Part shown: in pieces, positions 26,011 to 40,165 of the stretch | Position numbering within the stretch: position 1 is the stretch's first letter | How the letters are laid out: every line of letters starts with the position of its first letter | Assembly: GCF_001194135.2 (NCBI RefSeq) | Contig: NC_068981.1 | Location: 18,195,382 to 18,259,381, forward strand | From: Octopus bimaculoides | Taxonomy: Eukaryota | Length of the DNA: 64,000 nucleotides | Reading direction: 5' to 3' | Position numbers and translations under genes: made by a program | The notes under the pieces: model-generated | What the model was told of the DNA's origin: nothing | The model's database searches: none | The model's input: the letters and a program-made list of their open reading frames with translations, nothing else

Positions 26011-26893
26011 ATATGTGTTTGTGTGTCTGTATTTGTCTTCCCCCAACATCGCTTGACAACCGATGTTGGTGTGTTTACGTCCCCGTAACTTAGTGGTTTG
26101 GCAAAAGCAACCGATAGAATAAGTACTAAGCTTACAAAGAATAAGTCCTGGGGTTGATTAGCTCGACTAAAGGCGGTGCTCCAGCATGGCCACAGTCAAA
26201 TGACTGAAACAAGTAAAAGAGTATGTGCTGGAGCTGACCTTTCAAACCAAATGAAATCATAGTCACGGCCGGTGCCAGTGTCATGTAACTGATACCCATG
26301 CTGATGGCACTTAAAAAGCATCTTTCAAGCTTTGGGCCTCACAGAGGTCTTAAGGCAATGTGGTCGATGTTGGTGTCGTGTAACTAGTACCCATGTCAAG
26401 AGCATGTAAAAAGTACCTTTCGAGCGTTGAGCCTCATGGAGGCAATGTGGCTGATGCCAATGTTGCATAACTAGCACCTGTGTTGGTGGCATGTAAAAAA
26501 CATCTTTCAAGTCATGGACCTCATGGAGGCCATGACAAATGAACGAGACCTTTGACAATATGTCGCGCTTAACTCATCTGGTCAGGTGAAATTGTTGTTG
26601 TGGCAGATACTGGGATATGCAACTGTCACCCATGCCAGTGACATGAAAAAGCACCCATCATACTTTTGGAGTGGTTGGCATTAGGGAGGGTATCCAGCTG
26701 TAGAAACCATGCCAAACCAGACTGGGGTCTGGTGCAACCCTTCAACTTACCAGCCCTAGTAAAACCGTCCAACCCATGCCAGCATAGACAATGGATGTTA
26801 AATGATGATGATGATGATGATATATGTATATATGAATGTATTTATATACTTCATTATGCACAACAGAAGCAGTGTTAGTTTAAAACAAGTCTG

Positions 26894-27225
26894 TGTATCA
26901 TACTTAATGCAGAGATACATCATCGAATTAGTCCTTAGATAGTATCCCTTATAGATATACAGTGTTAAATAACACAAAAATATATCAGTAGTGAATGAAA
27001 AATCATCCAGTAGCAGAGTTGAAAATTCTAGATACACATTTCTGCCTTCTGAGGCCTCATCAGTACCAAGTATCCATTGCACATCAAGTAATACCACCAC
27101 TTCCACTGGATGATTTTCATCTGTTACTGATATAAGCATTGTACATCTATAAGAGATATATCTCAGGATGAATATCACAGTTAACTAGGCTTTCACTGAT
27201 GTATCTGCATTAAGTATGAAATACA
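26894..27225. mobile_element. ~330-bp imperfect fold-back with a central hammerhead motif
   Basis: 26894-26922 pairs with 27197-27225 and 27001-27010 pairs with 27106-27115, giving the same centre at about 27058. Minus strand 27068-27026 reads TGGTA-CTGATGA-GGCCTCAGAAGGCA-GAA-ATGTGTAT-C-TAG. Confidence 0.7.
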
Positions 27226-29965
27226 AATTGCTATTTTAAACTAACACAACTTCCGTTACCTCTACTGAATTTTTATTTAATAGGCTGGCTAATTTTAACA
27301 TCAGTAATTTTCAGTCATGTTTTGCTATATCAATGATGACAGATTTTGTAATAGCATGAGATTACCCATGGGTACATGCTGTTGATGAAACCCTCCAAAA
27401 AGCAGAAGCATGCATCTAGCAATACCAACACTGTAGCTGAACAATTTTCGTCTATTACTGATATATTTATATATACAAGGGTGGTATGTATCATACTAGT
27501 TTAGAGAAACAGATTTATTTATACTAGCACTAGAAGAGATAGAGGTAAAAACAGTAGAACTGTAATCCAATGTTGGTAGTGGGAAACATTGGCAATTAGC
27601 TGGATGGCCTTCATTTGAATGTAATGTTAGATGTCCACGTATGTAGCGACATCACTGCCCCAGATATAATATAATATATAATGAGCTTATTGCATACAGC
27701 GCACAGGTTTACTACGACTCATTAGAAAAGGTTAAAAGATGAGACAGAAAGCAGACATAGTATAAGAAAAGGAAGATATCAACGAAAGCTAGAAGTACAT
27801 GTACAGTACACAGAATAAAATGGAGAAAAGTGAACATTAAAGGTGTCATAAAAAATAAAAAATGAAAGTGTGTAGACTTGATTAGCTGGGAAACTATATT
27901 ATTTGGTCTGGCTGTGTGCTGCTTTTGAATAAAATCAATCACAATATTTAAATTATATTAAAATGTTTATATACAGAATGATATTAAAATTGTTGCCTTT
28001 CATAAAACATTATGCTGGATGCTTGTAACTAGTGTTGTGAGAATGTAAGCTTGATGAGAGGTGAAATTGTATGCTTGGTGAGGAGAGATCTTTTAGTACA
28101 AGGTCAGAGAAGTATGGCTGCTGGTTAATCAAGAAAACTTCTGTGCTGTATATCCCAAGCATTTCAATTTATAACCATGAATTGGCATGAAACTGCATGG
28201 AATTACTGCACTCTTAACACCCACAAAAATGTGCCTGAACAACAATTGGCTTAAAGTTAAGATTACATGATAAAGACTGTCATGGCTAAATATGGAAAAT
28301 GATAAATCGTGGCCCTTTTCTCATTATAGGATTGATAAGGTTTTGAATGCTGAGAACTTCTGAAAGTCCCTAGACATACCAGGAGCATTGTGGGTGAATT
28401 TCAGGAATATTTGAAGTATGCAGTGTTCCGATAGTTGACAATGAATGTGCTTCAACAATTTTAAACTTGAAAATATGCTCTCAAATATATGAGCAGTATT
28501 TCAGACATATCAAAACCTTATTTAGGATTGAAAACTAGAGATTATGCTACCAATGTAAAATTGATTGGTGATAGTTAAGAATGGGTGGACCAAATATAGG
28601 TGGAATAGGTGAGAAAGAAATTTTTGTTGGGATTTGGGGAAATCAAAATCAAATGGTGGCCAAAAATACGAGACTCTGTATCAAGCAAAGAATATGTTAT
28701 GGCATCATCGTCATCATCATCATCATTTAACGTCCGCTTTCCATGCTAGCATGGGTTGGATGATTTGACTGAGGACTGGCGAACCAGATGGCTACATCAG
28801 ACTCCAATCTGATCTGGCAGAGTTTCTACAGCTGGATGCCCTTCCTAACATCAACCACTCTGAGAGTGTAGTGGGTGCTTTTTACGTGTAACCGGCACGA
28901 GGGCCAGTCCGGCAGTACTGGCAACGGCCATGCTCAAATGGTGTTTTTTTACGTGCCACCTGCACAGGAGTCAGTCCAATGTTTTGTTCACATACCACTG
29001 GCACAAGTGCCAGTAAAGCGAAGCTGGAAATGATTGCGCTCAAATGGTGCTTTTTACGTGCTTTTTACCTATGTTGGACCCCTTATTCACATAACCACCG
29101 AACCTGGAGCTTAACTTTTGTCTATCCACAGCACTTACTCAGCATTACCTGAAACCTTTGGGTCTAATTGACATCACTTTCGCTCATAACCTATATATAT
29201 ATATATAGGTTATGAGCGAAAGTGATGNNNNNNNNNNATGATGATGATGATGATATATGTATATATATACATATGCATATATACGACGAGCTTCTTTCAG
29301 TTTCCGTCTACCAAATCCACTCACAAGGCTTTGGTCGGCCTGACCCGAAAATAGAAGACACTTGCCAAAGGTGCCATGCAGTGGGACTGATCCTGGAACC
29401 ATGTGGTTGGGAAGCAGGCTTCTTACCACACAGCCACTCCTGCACCTATGTATGCATATGCATACACATAATAATGTAATACATGCACACACACATGCAT
29501 GCACTACATGCTCACACATGCATATACACATATGAAGTGAAGTTGTCCATTATGCATTATACATTCCATATTATAATAACATTGTATTAGACATCTTGCC
29601 CCAACCCACCAAACTTGATAAAATCACTTTCATGAGTGAACTTGATATCTTCTCCTCTGCAAGTTGGGAAGAAGGAAAACTTGATTCTATGTGTGTGTGT
29701 GTGTGGGGGGGTATAAGAATGTGGGAACGATGCTGTTGTTGTTGTTGGTTGTGTTGGTGTAGGTGATGGTAGCGGCAGTTCTCCTTTCTGAAATGCATCA
29801 CTGCATGTCATTTTGTCACACTTCATTGCATTTCTTACAAGAATTAAAGTTTTCGTGTAAGATTAAAAAAAACAACAAATAAAAAAACAAAAAGAAAAAG
29901 AAAATTTCACCAAAGAAAAATTTCTTATACATGGATGCATTTCCCTAAGTTTGTGTTTTTATTAT

Positions 29966-30004
<39 letters not shown>

Positions 30005-32368
30005 NNNNNNNNNNNNNNNNNNNNNNNNNNNNNNNNNNNNNNNNNNNNNNNNNNNNNNNNNNNNNNNNNNNNNNNNNNNNNNNNNNNNNNNNNNNNNNNN
30101 NNNNNNNNNNNNNNNNNNNNNNNNNNNNNNNNNNNNNNNNNNNNNNNNNNNNNNNNNNNNNNNNNNNNNNNNNNNNNNNNNNNNNNNNNNNNNNNNNNNN
30201 NNNNNNNNNNNNNNNNNNNNNNNNNNNNNNNNNNNNNNNNNNNNNNNNNNNNNNNNNNNNNNNNNNNNNNNNNNNNNNNNNNNNNNNNNNNNNNNNNNNN
30301 NNNNNNNNNNNNNNNNNNNNNNNNNNNNNNNNNNNNNNNNNNNNNNNNNNNNNNNNNNNNNNNNNNNNNNNNNNNNNNNNNNNNNNNNNNNNNNNNNNNN
30401 NNNNNNNNNNNNNNNNNNNNNNNNNNNNNNNNNNNNNNNNNNNNNNNNNNNNNNNNNNNNNNNNNNNNNNNNNNNNNNNNNNNNNNNNNNNNNNNNNNNN
30501 NNNNNNNNNNNNNNNNNNNNNNNNNNNNNNNNNNNNNNNNNNNNNNNNNNNNNNNNNNNNNNNNNNNNNNNNNNNNNNNNNNNNNNNNNNNNNNNNNNNN
30601 NNNNNNNNNNNNNNNNNNNNNNNNNNNNNNNNNNNNNNNNNNNNNNNNNNNNNNNNNNNNNNNNNNNNNNNNNNNNNNNNNNNNNNNNNNNNNNNNNNNN
30701 NNNNNNNNNNNATATATATATATATATATATATAGGTGCAGGCATGGCTGTGAGGTAAGAAGATTGCTTCCCAGCCACATGGTTCCAGGTTCAATCCTAC
30801 TGCGTGACACCTTGAGCAAGTGTCTTCTACTAAAGTCTCAGGCTGACCAAGGTCTTGTGAGTGGATTTGGGAGATGGAAACTGAAAAAACCCATCGCATA
30901 TTTATATATCTAAGTGTGAGTGTCTTTGTGCAAGTGTTTGTCACCCACCCTCACTTGACAACCGGTGTTGGTGTGTTTACATCCCTGTAAACTAGCAGTT
31001 CGGCAAAAAGATCCAACAGAATAGTACCAGGCTTTACAAAGAAAATAGTTAATCCTGGATTTGATTTGTTTGGCTAAAATCCTTGAAAGGGGTGCCCCAG
31101 ATTCTTCCTACTCTTCACCTCTAACCACACCCACTCTTGCATATTTTTGATCTCACACTTTGCTTTATCAACCATTGGTTCCCTTAGCCTACTTTTTGAC
31201 TTTTTTGTTTCTTTAATTTTAATTTTATTTTTATTTTCTACTACCGACTTCTCTATTCAGTTAAATTCATCACTGTGGTGTGGTAGACTCAGAAATTCCC
31301 AGTGGCAATGTAACCTTCTTTTCATTAAGGCAATCTTAGCCTGAAGATTAGCTATGTTGAGTATAGCTCATTGCATAACTGTTACACCACAAGCTTCAGC
31401 TAGCTAAGAAACATATGTAGCTTGCATTTTTACCTGTTCCACTCCCTCAACTTGGATTTTTATTTGCATTTGTTGCAGCTCCAGTAGGTAACTGTGAGCT
31501 ATATAGAAACTAGCAACTTACCAGATTTACTCACACCACCACCACCACTACCACCACCACCACCACCACCACCACCANNNNNNNNNNNNNNNNNNNNNNN
31601 NNNNNNNNNNNNNNNNNNNNNNNNNNNNNNNNNNNNNNNNNNNNNNNNNNNNNNNNNNNNNNNNNNNNNNNNNNNNNNNNNNNNNNNNNNNNNNNNNNNN
31701 NNNNNNNNNNNNNNNNNNNNNNNNNNNNNNNNNNNNNNNNNNNNNNNNNNNNNNNNNNNNNNNNNNNNNNNNNNNNNNNNNNNNNNNNNNNNNNNNNNNN
31801 NNNNNNNNNNNNNNNNNNNNNNNNNNNNNNNNNNNNNNNNNNCCACCACCACCACCACCACCACCACCACTCTGGCTCAGTCCCAGTGGTGTTCCAGTAA
31901 GTTGGACACCAACCAGAACTTCTGAGTGCTTGTGCTGATAGCATCTCACTTCACCAGGCTAGCCTGTTGAGGGTGCCAATTTAGTCCCTGACGGCCTGAC
32001 CATGCACATACACACATACTCACATATATGCACATACACACATACACATATTCATATGTGCATGCACATACATGCACATACACACACATATATATATACA
32101 TACACATGCACATATATATGCATACACATATACACACGCTCATATGTGCACACACTTATACACGCACACACATGCACATATGGTGAGCTTCCTCACAGTT
32201 TCCATCTACCAAATTCACTCATAAGGCTTTGGTCAGCTTGGAGTTATAGAAGACACTTGCCCACAGTGCCACCAGTGGCACATGGTTGAAAAGCAAGCTT
32301 TTTAACCACACTACCATGCCTGTGCCTACAATAGGGTATAATTTTAAAATTTTAACTGCTATTTCTAG

Positions 32369-32410
32369 CTATTCAGACAAGCTTATCGAAACTTCCCCAT
32401 TGATACAGAT
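32369..32410 (+). CDS. 42-nt exon of the UNC13-family-like gene
   Basis: ctgctatttctag| ... |gtatgt, phase 0-0. Encodes LFRQAYRNFPIDTD (cf. Munc13 'LSMYRNNFPAS'). Confidence 0.55.
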
Positions 32411-33859
32411 GTATGTTGGCTATATCATGAGGTAAAACAAAGACCAGTGATTTCGATAGTGGTGGAGGGGAGGGGATATGAACTATAGACCTTTCCTTCA
32501 TCTCCTAACATGCTAGGCTGTATCTCCTATAAAAAATAACATCACAAATTTTTCACGGGTCTTCCGACTACCAGCACCACTTATACATTCTCTTCTGAAC
32601 TCTTAAGTACTATCCATCTCACAGCCCTCTTCACTATTATTTGATTTATCTACTTTTAACATAATTCTATATCACAATAGCATCATTAGTTACAGTTTTC
32701 CAATGGGTTAATCACTGGTTCATTGCATTTCTGATAGCATGAGTGACAAGGGAGTGCCTAACTTGATGCATAGAAATTCATTCAAAAAGTAACATTTAAA
32801 AACATGCTTTCTTTTATATGGATGTGGGGTTTTCTCACCATTGCTGACATAAAACAGTGAATGATGCACTCCCAAATGCATGCATATACATGCATACCTC
32901 AGTTTACATCATTTCATGTTGCATCTTTTTTAGCGCTGTTAGTTTTTTTTGAAGAAATTAATGGGAAAATAAGCCCCAACTTCAGTTGTTTTATCTGACT
33001 TTATATGTTGATTTCAGTGAATGTATTTAAAAGTATAGAGATTATATAATGCCCTAAAAAGCAATACTGAAATGCAAAAGCAAATAAAATACATGTGAAA
33101 ATATGTATGAATCATTTACTAAAACAGATACGAGTTAATAAATTTTTTAAAGTGTTCTTTTGTATTATACCATTTTTGGGATTAGGTTGCATGTGTAAGA
33201 ACCATTTACTGATGTAAGTTGAGGTATGCCCAAGGCGGCGAGCTGGCAGAAACGTTAGCACGCCGGGCGAAATACTTAGCGGTATTTCGTCTGCCGCTAC
33301 GTTCTGAGTTCAAATTCCGCCGAGGTCGACTTTGCCTTTCATCCTTTTGGGGTCGATTAAATAAGTATCAGTTACGCACTGGGGTCGATGTAATTGACTT
33401 AATCCCTTTGTCTGTCCTTGTTTGTCTCCTCTATGTTTAGCCCCTTATGGGCAATAAAGAAATAAGAAACGTTAGCATGCTGGGTGAAATGCTAAGCAGG
33501 TATTTCGCCTGTCTTTATGTTCTGAGTTCAAACTCTGCCGAGGTCGACTTTGCCTTTCATCTTATTCGGGGTCGATAAATTAAGTACCAGTTGCATACTG
33601 GGGTCGATCTAATCGACTGGCCCCCTCCCCCAAAATTTCGGGCCTTGTGCCTAGAGTAGAAAAGAAGTTGATGTATGCCCATATATATATATATATATAT
33701 ATACTCTTTACTTTCTTTTATATATATGATGGTTTTGAACTTTGACACAAGGCCAGTAATTTCATGATTAGGTGCAGCAGTATCACTGGGTGACTAACAG
33801 AGAAAGTAGTCTTTACATGTGGCAGATGTTTAGGTACATTAAACACCAAGAATACACAA

Positions 33860-34800
33860 AAAATAGACTCTCTCATATGCCAGCGGGGATCATTAGGAAT
33901 AGTTGACAGTTTCCATTACTTAAGTGACCAAGTTAGTAGTAGTAGTAGTTGTTCCGAAAGCATGGCTGCTAGAATAAGAATAGGCTAGGTGAAGTTCAGA
34001 GAGCCACTACCACATTTAGTAATGAAGGGCCTCTTCCTCAGAGTGAAAGGAAGGTTGTTTGGTGCCTGTGTACAAACAGCTATGCTATATGGCAGTGAGA
34101 CATGGGCTGTGACTACTGAGGATATGTGAAAACTTGAAAGGAATGAAGCCAATATGCTTCACTGGATGGGTAATGTCAGTGTGCATATATGACAGAGTGT
34201 AAATGATTTGCGAGAAAAACTGGGTATGCAAGGTATAAGATGTAGTGTGCAAGAAAGAAGACTGCACTGGTATAGTCATGTAATGTGTATGAATGAGGAC
34301 AATTGCATCAAGAGATACCAATCTCTAATTGTAAACACGCGGAATCAGTAGACCCAGGAAAACATGGGATGAAATAGTGAGAGAGGATCTACAGATGTTG
34401 GGGATTCACAGAGGAGATGACAGGGGACTGAGACTCCTGGTAGTTTGCTGTGCTTGAAAAGACACATGAAGCTAAGTAAAAGCATGGTTGTCCTTGCGTA
34501 CAGGCTTGTCCTTGTGTACAGGCTTGTCCTCTGCAACCCTATCCAGCTGAGCATCTCTAATCTTGCAGGGTCACTGGGGCTTTTGTCACATAAAAAGCAC
34601 CCACACTGGTGCTGTATAAAAGCACCAAGTACAGTCTGTAAAGTGGTTGGCATTAGGAAGCGCATCCAGCCATAGAAACCATGCCAAAGTAGGCACTGGA
34701 GCATGAACAGTTCTTCAGCTGGTCAGCTCCTGCCAAATTATCCAACCCATGCCAGCATGGAAAATGAATGTTGAATGATGATGATGATAATGATGATGAT
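33860..34800 (+). mobile_element. Degenerate 5'-truncated RTE LINE including 3' UTR and (GAT)n tail
   Basis: Decayed 'CSESMAARIRIG...RVKGRLFGACVQTAMLYGSETWAVT' continues into the same 3' tail as the short RTE-tail copies. Confidence 0.85.
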
Positions 34801-34879
34801 GACATACATTCATACATACTTTTCCACTGTTCTCATACATACATACATACATACATACATACATACATACATACATTCA

Positions 34880-35580
34880 TACATACATACACACTTTTCC
34901 ACTGTTCTCATAAAGCCACTGCTTAATCCAAGAGCGTAGTAGATAGAAAACACCAAAATTGCTTTGTAGTTGCTCCAAGGATTACACTGTCTCTTTTGTT
35001 TTCTAGGTATTTCATAGCAATCCTCTGTTCTTGGATTGCAAATGCATAGCTTTTAAAGTGTGATATGATGTAGAGGTCTCTAGTTTAAGAGAGGCAGCCT
35101 CTTTTTAAGAGGAGAATTCCAAGTACCAAATTTTTTAAGTCTAGGATAATATTCTTGGATCATTCTATCTTTATTCTCAGTACTTTTATTTGATAAGTCT
35201 TCATCAATGTCTGGGTACCTGTAGCATTCTTTGTGTGGAACAAAAGAGATGGAGAGACTGTTGATGCACAGGTATTACATCTCAGGCACTGATTTCCAAC
35301 ATTCAACAATCATATACAAACATTTCTTTAAGCCAAATTCCAATACTATTTCAGCTGAAAATGTTATTAACTCCTGCTGTATCTTGGCATTGTTAAAATT
35401 TTTAGCATACGTATATATGTCATTGTTTAGTTTATTTCAAGATTTCTTGCCAATAGAGAGAGAACCGGTCTCTAACCTAGATCCAAGGCTTCTTCATTGG
35501 AATTTCCACATCAACAACAGGGTATTTTTGTTTGTATGTATGTATGTATGTATGTATGTATGTATGTATGTATGTATGTA
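34880..35580 (-). mobile_element. R4/Dong-type LINE pieces: a 3' UTR end abutting another truncated copy
   Basis: 35410-35580 matches 52750-52876 (3' UTR between (CATA)n tracts). 35400-34880 encodes 'TFSAEIVLEFGLKKCL' and 'SHFKSYAFAIQEQRIAMKYL'. Confidence 0.7.
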
Positions 35581-36256
35581 TGTATCATCATCATCGTTTA
35601 GCATCCTCTTTTCGTGATAGAATGAGTTGGATGGTTTGACATGGAGCTGGCTAGCAGGGAGCTGTCCTGACCCCCAACTGTCTGTTGCGGCATGGTTTCT
35701 ATGACTGAATGCCCTTCCTAATGCCAACCACTTTGCAGAGTGTGCTGAATGCTGTATGTATGTATGTATGTATGTATGTATGTATGTATGTATGTATGTA
35801 TGCATGCATGTATATGTCATCATTTTAATACTGAGATTAATATGCTTACCTGAATCAGATGAAATTCACCCAAGGTAGATTTTCTACAGTAGGTCATTCT
35901 TCCAACTCTCGTCTGTTTCCAAGCAAAATGATATTTTTCTTACTCCTTCCAACATGAACAGCAGAAATGGCTTGACATATTTTCATGGAATTTTTCAAGG
36001 TTGTTGCCAGTGCTGTTGGACTGGCTCCTGTGCAGGTGGCACATAAAAAACACCATTTTGAGCGTGGCCATTGCCAGTACTGCCTGACTGGCCCTCTTGC
36101 CGGTGGCATGTAAAAGCACCCACTACACTCTTGGAGTGGTTGGCGTTAGGAAGGGCATCCAGCTGTAGAAACTCTGCCAGATCAGATTGGAGCCTGGTTC
36201 ACCAGACCTCAGTCAAATCGTCCAACCTATGCTAGCATGGAAAGCAGATATTAAAC

Positions 36257-36287
<31 letters not shown>

Positions 36288-37056
36288 GCAAATAAATGAC
36301 ATTTCTTGTATGACAATTACACCTGCTTACAATTAGCAAGTGATATATGTTTGTGTGCATATGTGGGAATAAAGTATATCCAATGATCTATTATAACAGC
36401 CCTTCACAATATCCAAACAAAGAATTGAAGCCATTGTTCTTTCAAATGATTTTTTCACATATTCCTTCATCTTCTGCTTTTTTTGAAATATACCTTTATA
36501 AGTGTAACAAAAACGGAGCTGAGATTTGATCTACTAACCTTTTTATTCACTTATAGTAAATCTAGGTTTCTCATTACATAAGTAAATCATTCCAATTCCT
36601 CATTGTTGCCACGAAGCGCTTATATGAGCGAAACAAATAATATATTTGTAGCTCTCCACTGTATATAAATTTTTTTTTATTATTACCTGACAATATTCCA
36701 CTGACTTCTGTTATATGGTGTGATATGCTAGTTCTAAAGAACAAGATAATCACACACACACACACGTACTTACATATATGTGTATACATACATATGTATG
36801 TGTGTATATGTATACATACATATATATATATGTGTGTGTGTATATGTATACATATACACACATATATGGGCAATATATGTGAGTGCATATATATATGTTT
36901 TGTATACATATATACATGGAAGTATACGTATACATGTACATACACAAACATGCACACATACACATATATGTATGCATATTATATCCATGCATGCAAAGAT
37001 TCAGCTTGCACAAAGACATGTACAAACTCACTCATACACACAAATCACATGCTTAC

Positions 37057-37140
<84 letters not shown>

Positions 37141-38030
37141 GAAATACAAAGTGTGATTGAAAACAGTGTTGTCAGTGAAGAAATTATTTTCTCATCTGTT
37201 TTATAGTTTACAAACTGGAATGTCTGACTTGTAGATTAAGAAAGAAGTTGGTGGTAGTCAGTAATATCAGCAGAACACTGGACCAAATAACTGAAAGTAT
37301 CAAGTCACAGATCTTTACATTCTGAGTTCAAATCCTGATGGAGCCAACTTCACATTTTGTTGAATCCATCATACTGGTGGGCAATAATATATGTACCAGT
37401 CATGAACTAAGGTTAATAAAGTCTTGTATAGCTTTGTTTTTAAATTTGTTACTTTGTGCCCATATTAGAAAACATTATATTTATGACTACGTGTATAAAT
37501 ATGAACAAACTAACATTTTTTCTTATAAGTGTTGAAATGTAGGTTGAATGATACAAATTAGATGATATTTTTCCGAATATATTTTTATAATTAAATTTTA
37601 TTAAGAATTGTATTAAAAAATTGCTAAAATATTTTGTATATTGTAGAAATATAACCAATCAATTACTCATAAATTTTAACAACAAAATCTTACATAGACC
37701 CCAGCTGAAAACCACTGTTATAGATTTTCCAAAAATGACAGGCTGATCAAGGTTGGGATATTGTTTCATCATATAGGTGCTGTCCTGGGGTCAGTTTGTC
37801 TGAATAAAACCCTTCAAGGTGGTGTTCCAGGATGGCCACTGTCAAATGACTGAAACAACTAAAAGAATAAAAGAATACATCTCTTCACTTAGAGTTGACC
37901 TCTGGGGGAAATGCAACAACAACAACAACAACAACAATTATTATTAATTTTACTACTATTATTATCATTATTATTAAGTTAGGTGGTGAGCTGGCAGAAT
38001 CGTAAGCACATTGGGCAAAAGGCTCAGCAC

Positions 38031-40165
38031 GATACTGAACTACTGCAGTTGCACGCGTGTTTTTTGCTGAAATTATGTTCCTGGCATTTAGCTTTGAAGC
38101 CAATAATTTTCTCATTTGCCACAGATATTTTCTTTTTGTCTTTTTCTTCATGTCGTTGTGTGTGATTCCCTCTGCCTCAAGTATTTCCAGGTATTTATAG
38201 CTGGAATGAGGTTGAATTGCCTTCTTCATTTCACCACTTGGCAACCATACGCCTTCTGTTCTGAAAAGCTTTCCTTGTCTTATCACCATTGTAACACATT
38301 TTGAGAGTCCAGACTCCATCTTAATATCATTGGAGAAAATCCGCACAGACTGGACTAGGCCGTCCAGTTCTGCCTTAGTTTTTGTGAATAGCTTCAGGTC
38401 ATCCATGAATAGCAAGTGGTTCAGTTTTCCCTTACCTCTTCCAAGATCATACTCCAACTTTGTTTTCTGCAGTATTTCATTCAAGGGGATTATTCCCAGC
38501 ATGAAGATCAGTGGGGATTCACTGTCCCCACTGAAAAATTCCTCTCTTGATTTCCACCTCTCCTAGTACTTGATTCCCTGCTGTCAATTCTGTTCTCCAG
38601 TATTTCATGCTATTCCATATAAGGCATCTCATATTTTCTGCTACTCCATACATTTCCATTGTTCTTATTATCCAAGAGTGTGGTATCATATCGTATGCTT
38701 TACGATAGTCAACCCATGCTATGCTCAGGTTTGTGTGTCTTCTCTTGCTGTTCCTGATAATTAGCTTATCAATTAAGAGCTGATCCTTTGTTCCCCGGCT
38801 CCTTTTTCAGCACCCTTTCTGTTCAGTAGGTAGCAGCCCACTGCTTTCCAGGTATCTATGCAGTTCACCATCCAACACACCTGACATTAGCTTCCACATT
38901 AGAAGAAGGCATGTTTTTGGTCTAAAGTTGGATGCAACATTTCCCTTTACAAGATCCTTGGCACACAACAATGCTTTTCCCTTTGTAATCCAACTGGGTA
39001 CTGCACCTTTCTGCAAGTAATCATCTAGCTGTTGCACTGTCCTCTCACCTTCTTCATCCAATAACCTTGCATCCCATCTGGTCTTGGGCTCTTCCAATTT
39101 GGAAATTTTATTAACTCCGTTTTTATCATTTCTGTAGTTATTTTTCTGTCTTCTTGGTCTTCTATATTTCTTAACCTATCTTGGATTTCATGCAGCCAAT
39201 CCGATCCGCTTCATCATTATGCTCTACAGGTTGGTCCCAGATCCCTCTCCAGAATGTCCTGCTTTCCTCTGCATCTGGTATCATTGTTATGTTTATTTAC
39301 CCATCTAGTTCTTGAAACAGCTTCTGATTTGCTTCAAACAATCTGTTTTGCCTGAATTGTTTTGTTCTATTGTCATATATTTCCAGTTTTACATTGACTG
39401 CTACTACTCTTTGTTTCAATTCTTCCAATATCGCATCATACCATTTGTCTCTTATTCTATATGTTATTTCCAGCATTATTATTATGCTTTCATTCTGAAA
39501 TTCCCTCTTCTCAATCTATCAACTTGTCCTAAATATCTTTTTAACTGTTTCTCAGGAATTTGTCTACGCCAGTATGGTTCTTTACCTTCTGTTTGTTCTC
39601 TTCTTTTGTATCCAACTCTATCTGCAGCAACCATAGCTGCAACCCAAATAATCTTGTTAGTTTCAGTTATATTTCTCATCTAGAATAGCCCAAGGACTGA
39701 ATCTACCTTTTCGGTTTCAACTTTGAGCTTGCATCAATCAATGTACTTCAGATTGGGAGATGCTTGATCCTGGTCTTCTCTAATATATTGGCACAACATC
39801 CTCACTATGGTCGTCATCGTATTCTTGTGATATAGCTCTTCCCATTACTTCTGCTTCATTTGCTGAGAATGCATTTACATTTACACTTTGCTAAACATCT
39901 TCAGTGCCCCCTTTCATTTTTCTGGTCTCCCCAGGCACGTTATCTGTTGGTGAAGTATTATTTCTATTTTCTATTTTCCTTTTTATCTCTTCAATATCCA
40001 TGTCTGTTAACCACCCTTTTGCTCTTATTGCTCTCACCTGGTCGACTAACTGTTGCTCACTTATTTCGAAGAGTCCTATTTCATTCCATTTTGCTTCCAT
40101 GCATTGTTGGAATCCTCTTCTAATGGGTCCACTCCTAATCCAGCATTCAATTACTGTTTGGTTTG
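38031..40165 (-). mobile_element. R4/Dong-clade non-LTR retrotransposon, degenerate, 3'-truncated
   Basis: N-terminus '[29 protein letters not shown]', 'NFRPKTCLLLMWKLMSG...EQKGC', and RT motif 'KLNHLLFMDDLKLF...FSNDIKMESGLSKC'. Several stops and frameshifts. Confidence 0.9.

Noticed and set aside
26798-27178. ORF with cadherin-like 'ISVTDENHP'
   Set aside because: No other cadherin motifs are present, and it lies within the fold-back element.
29588-29690. Open + strand segment 'ILPQPTKLDKITFMSELD...'
   Set aside because: It is phase 1, incompatible with the flanking phase-0 exons, and the donor is doubtful.
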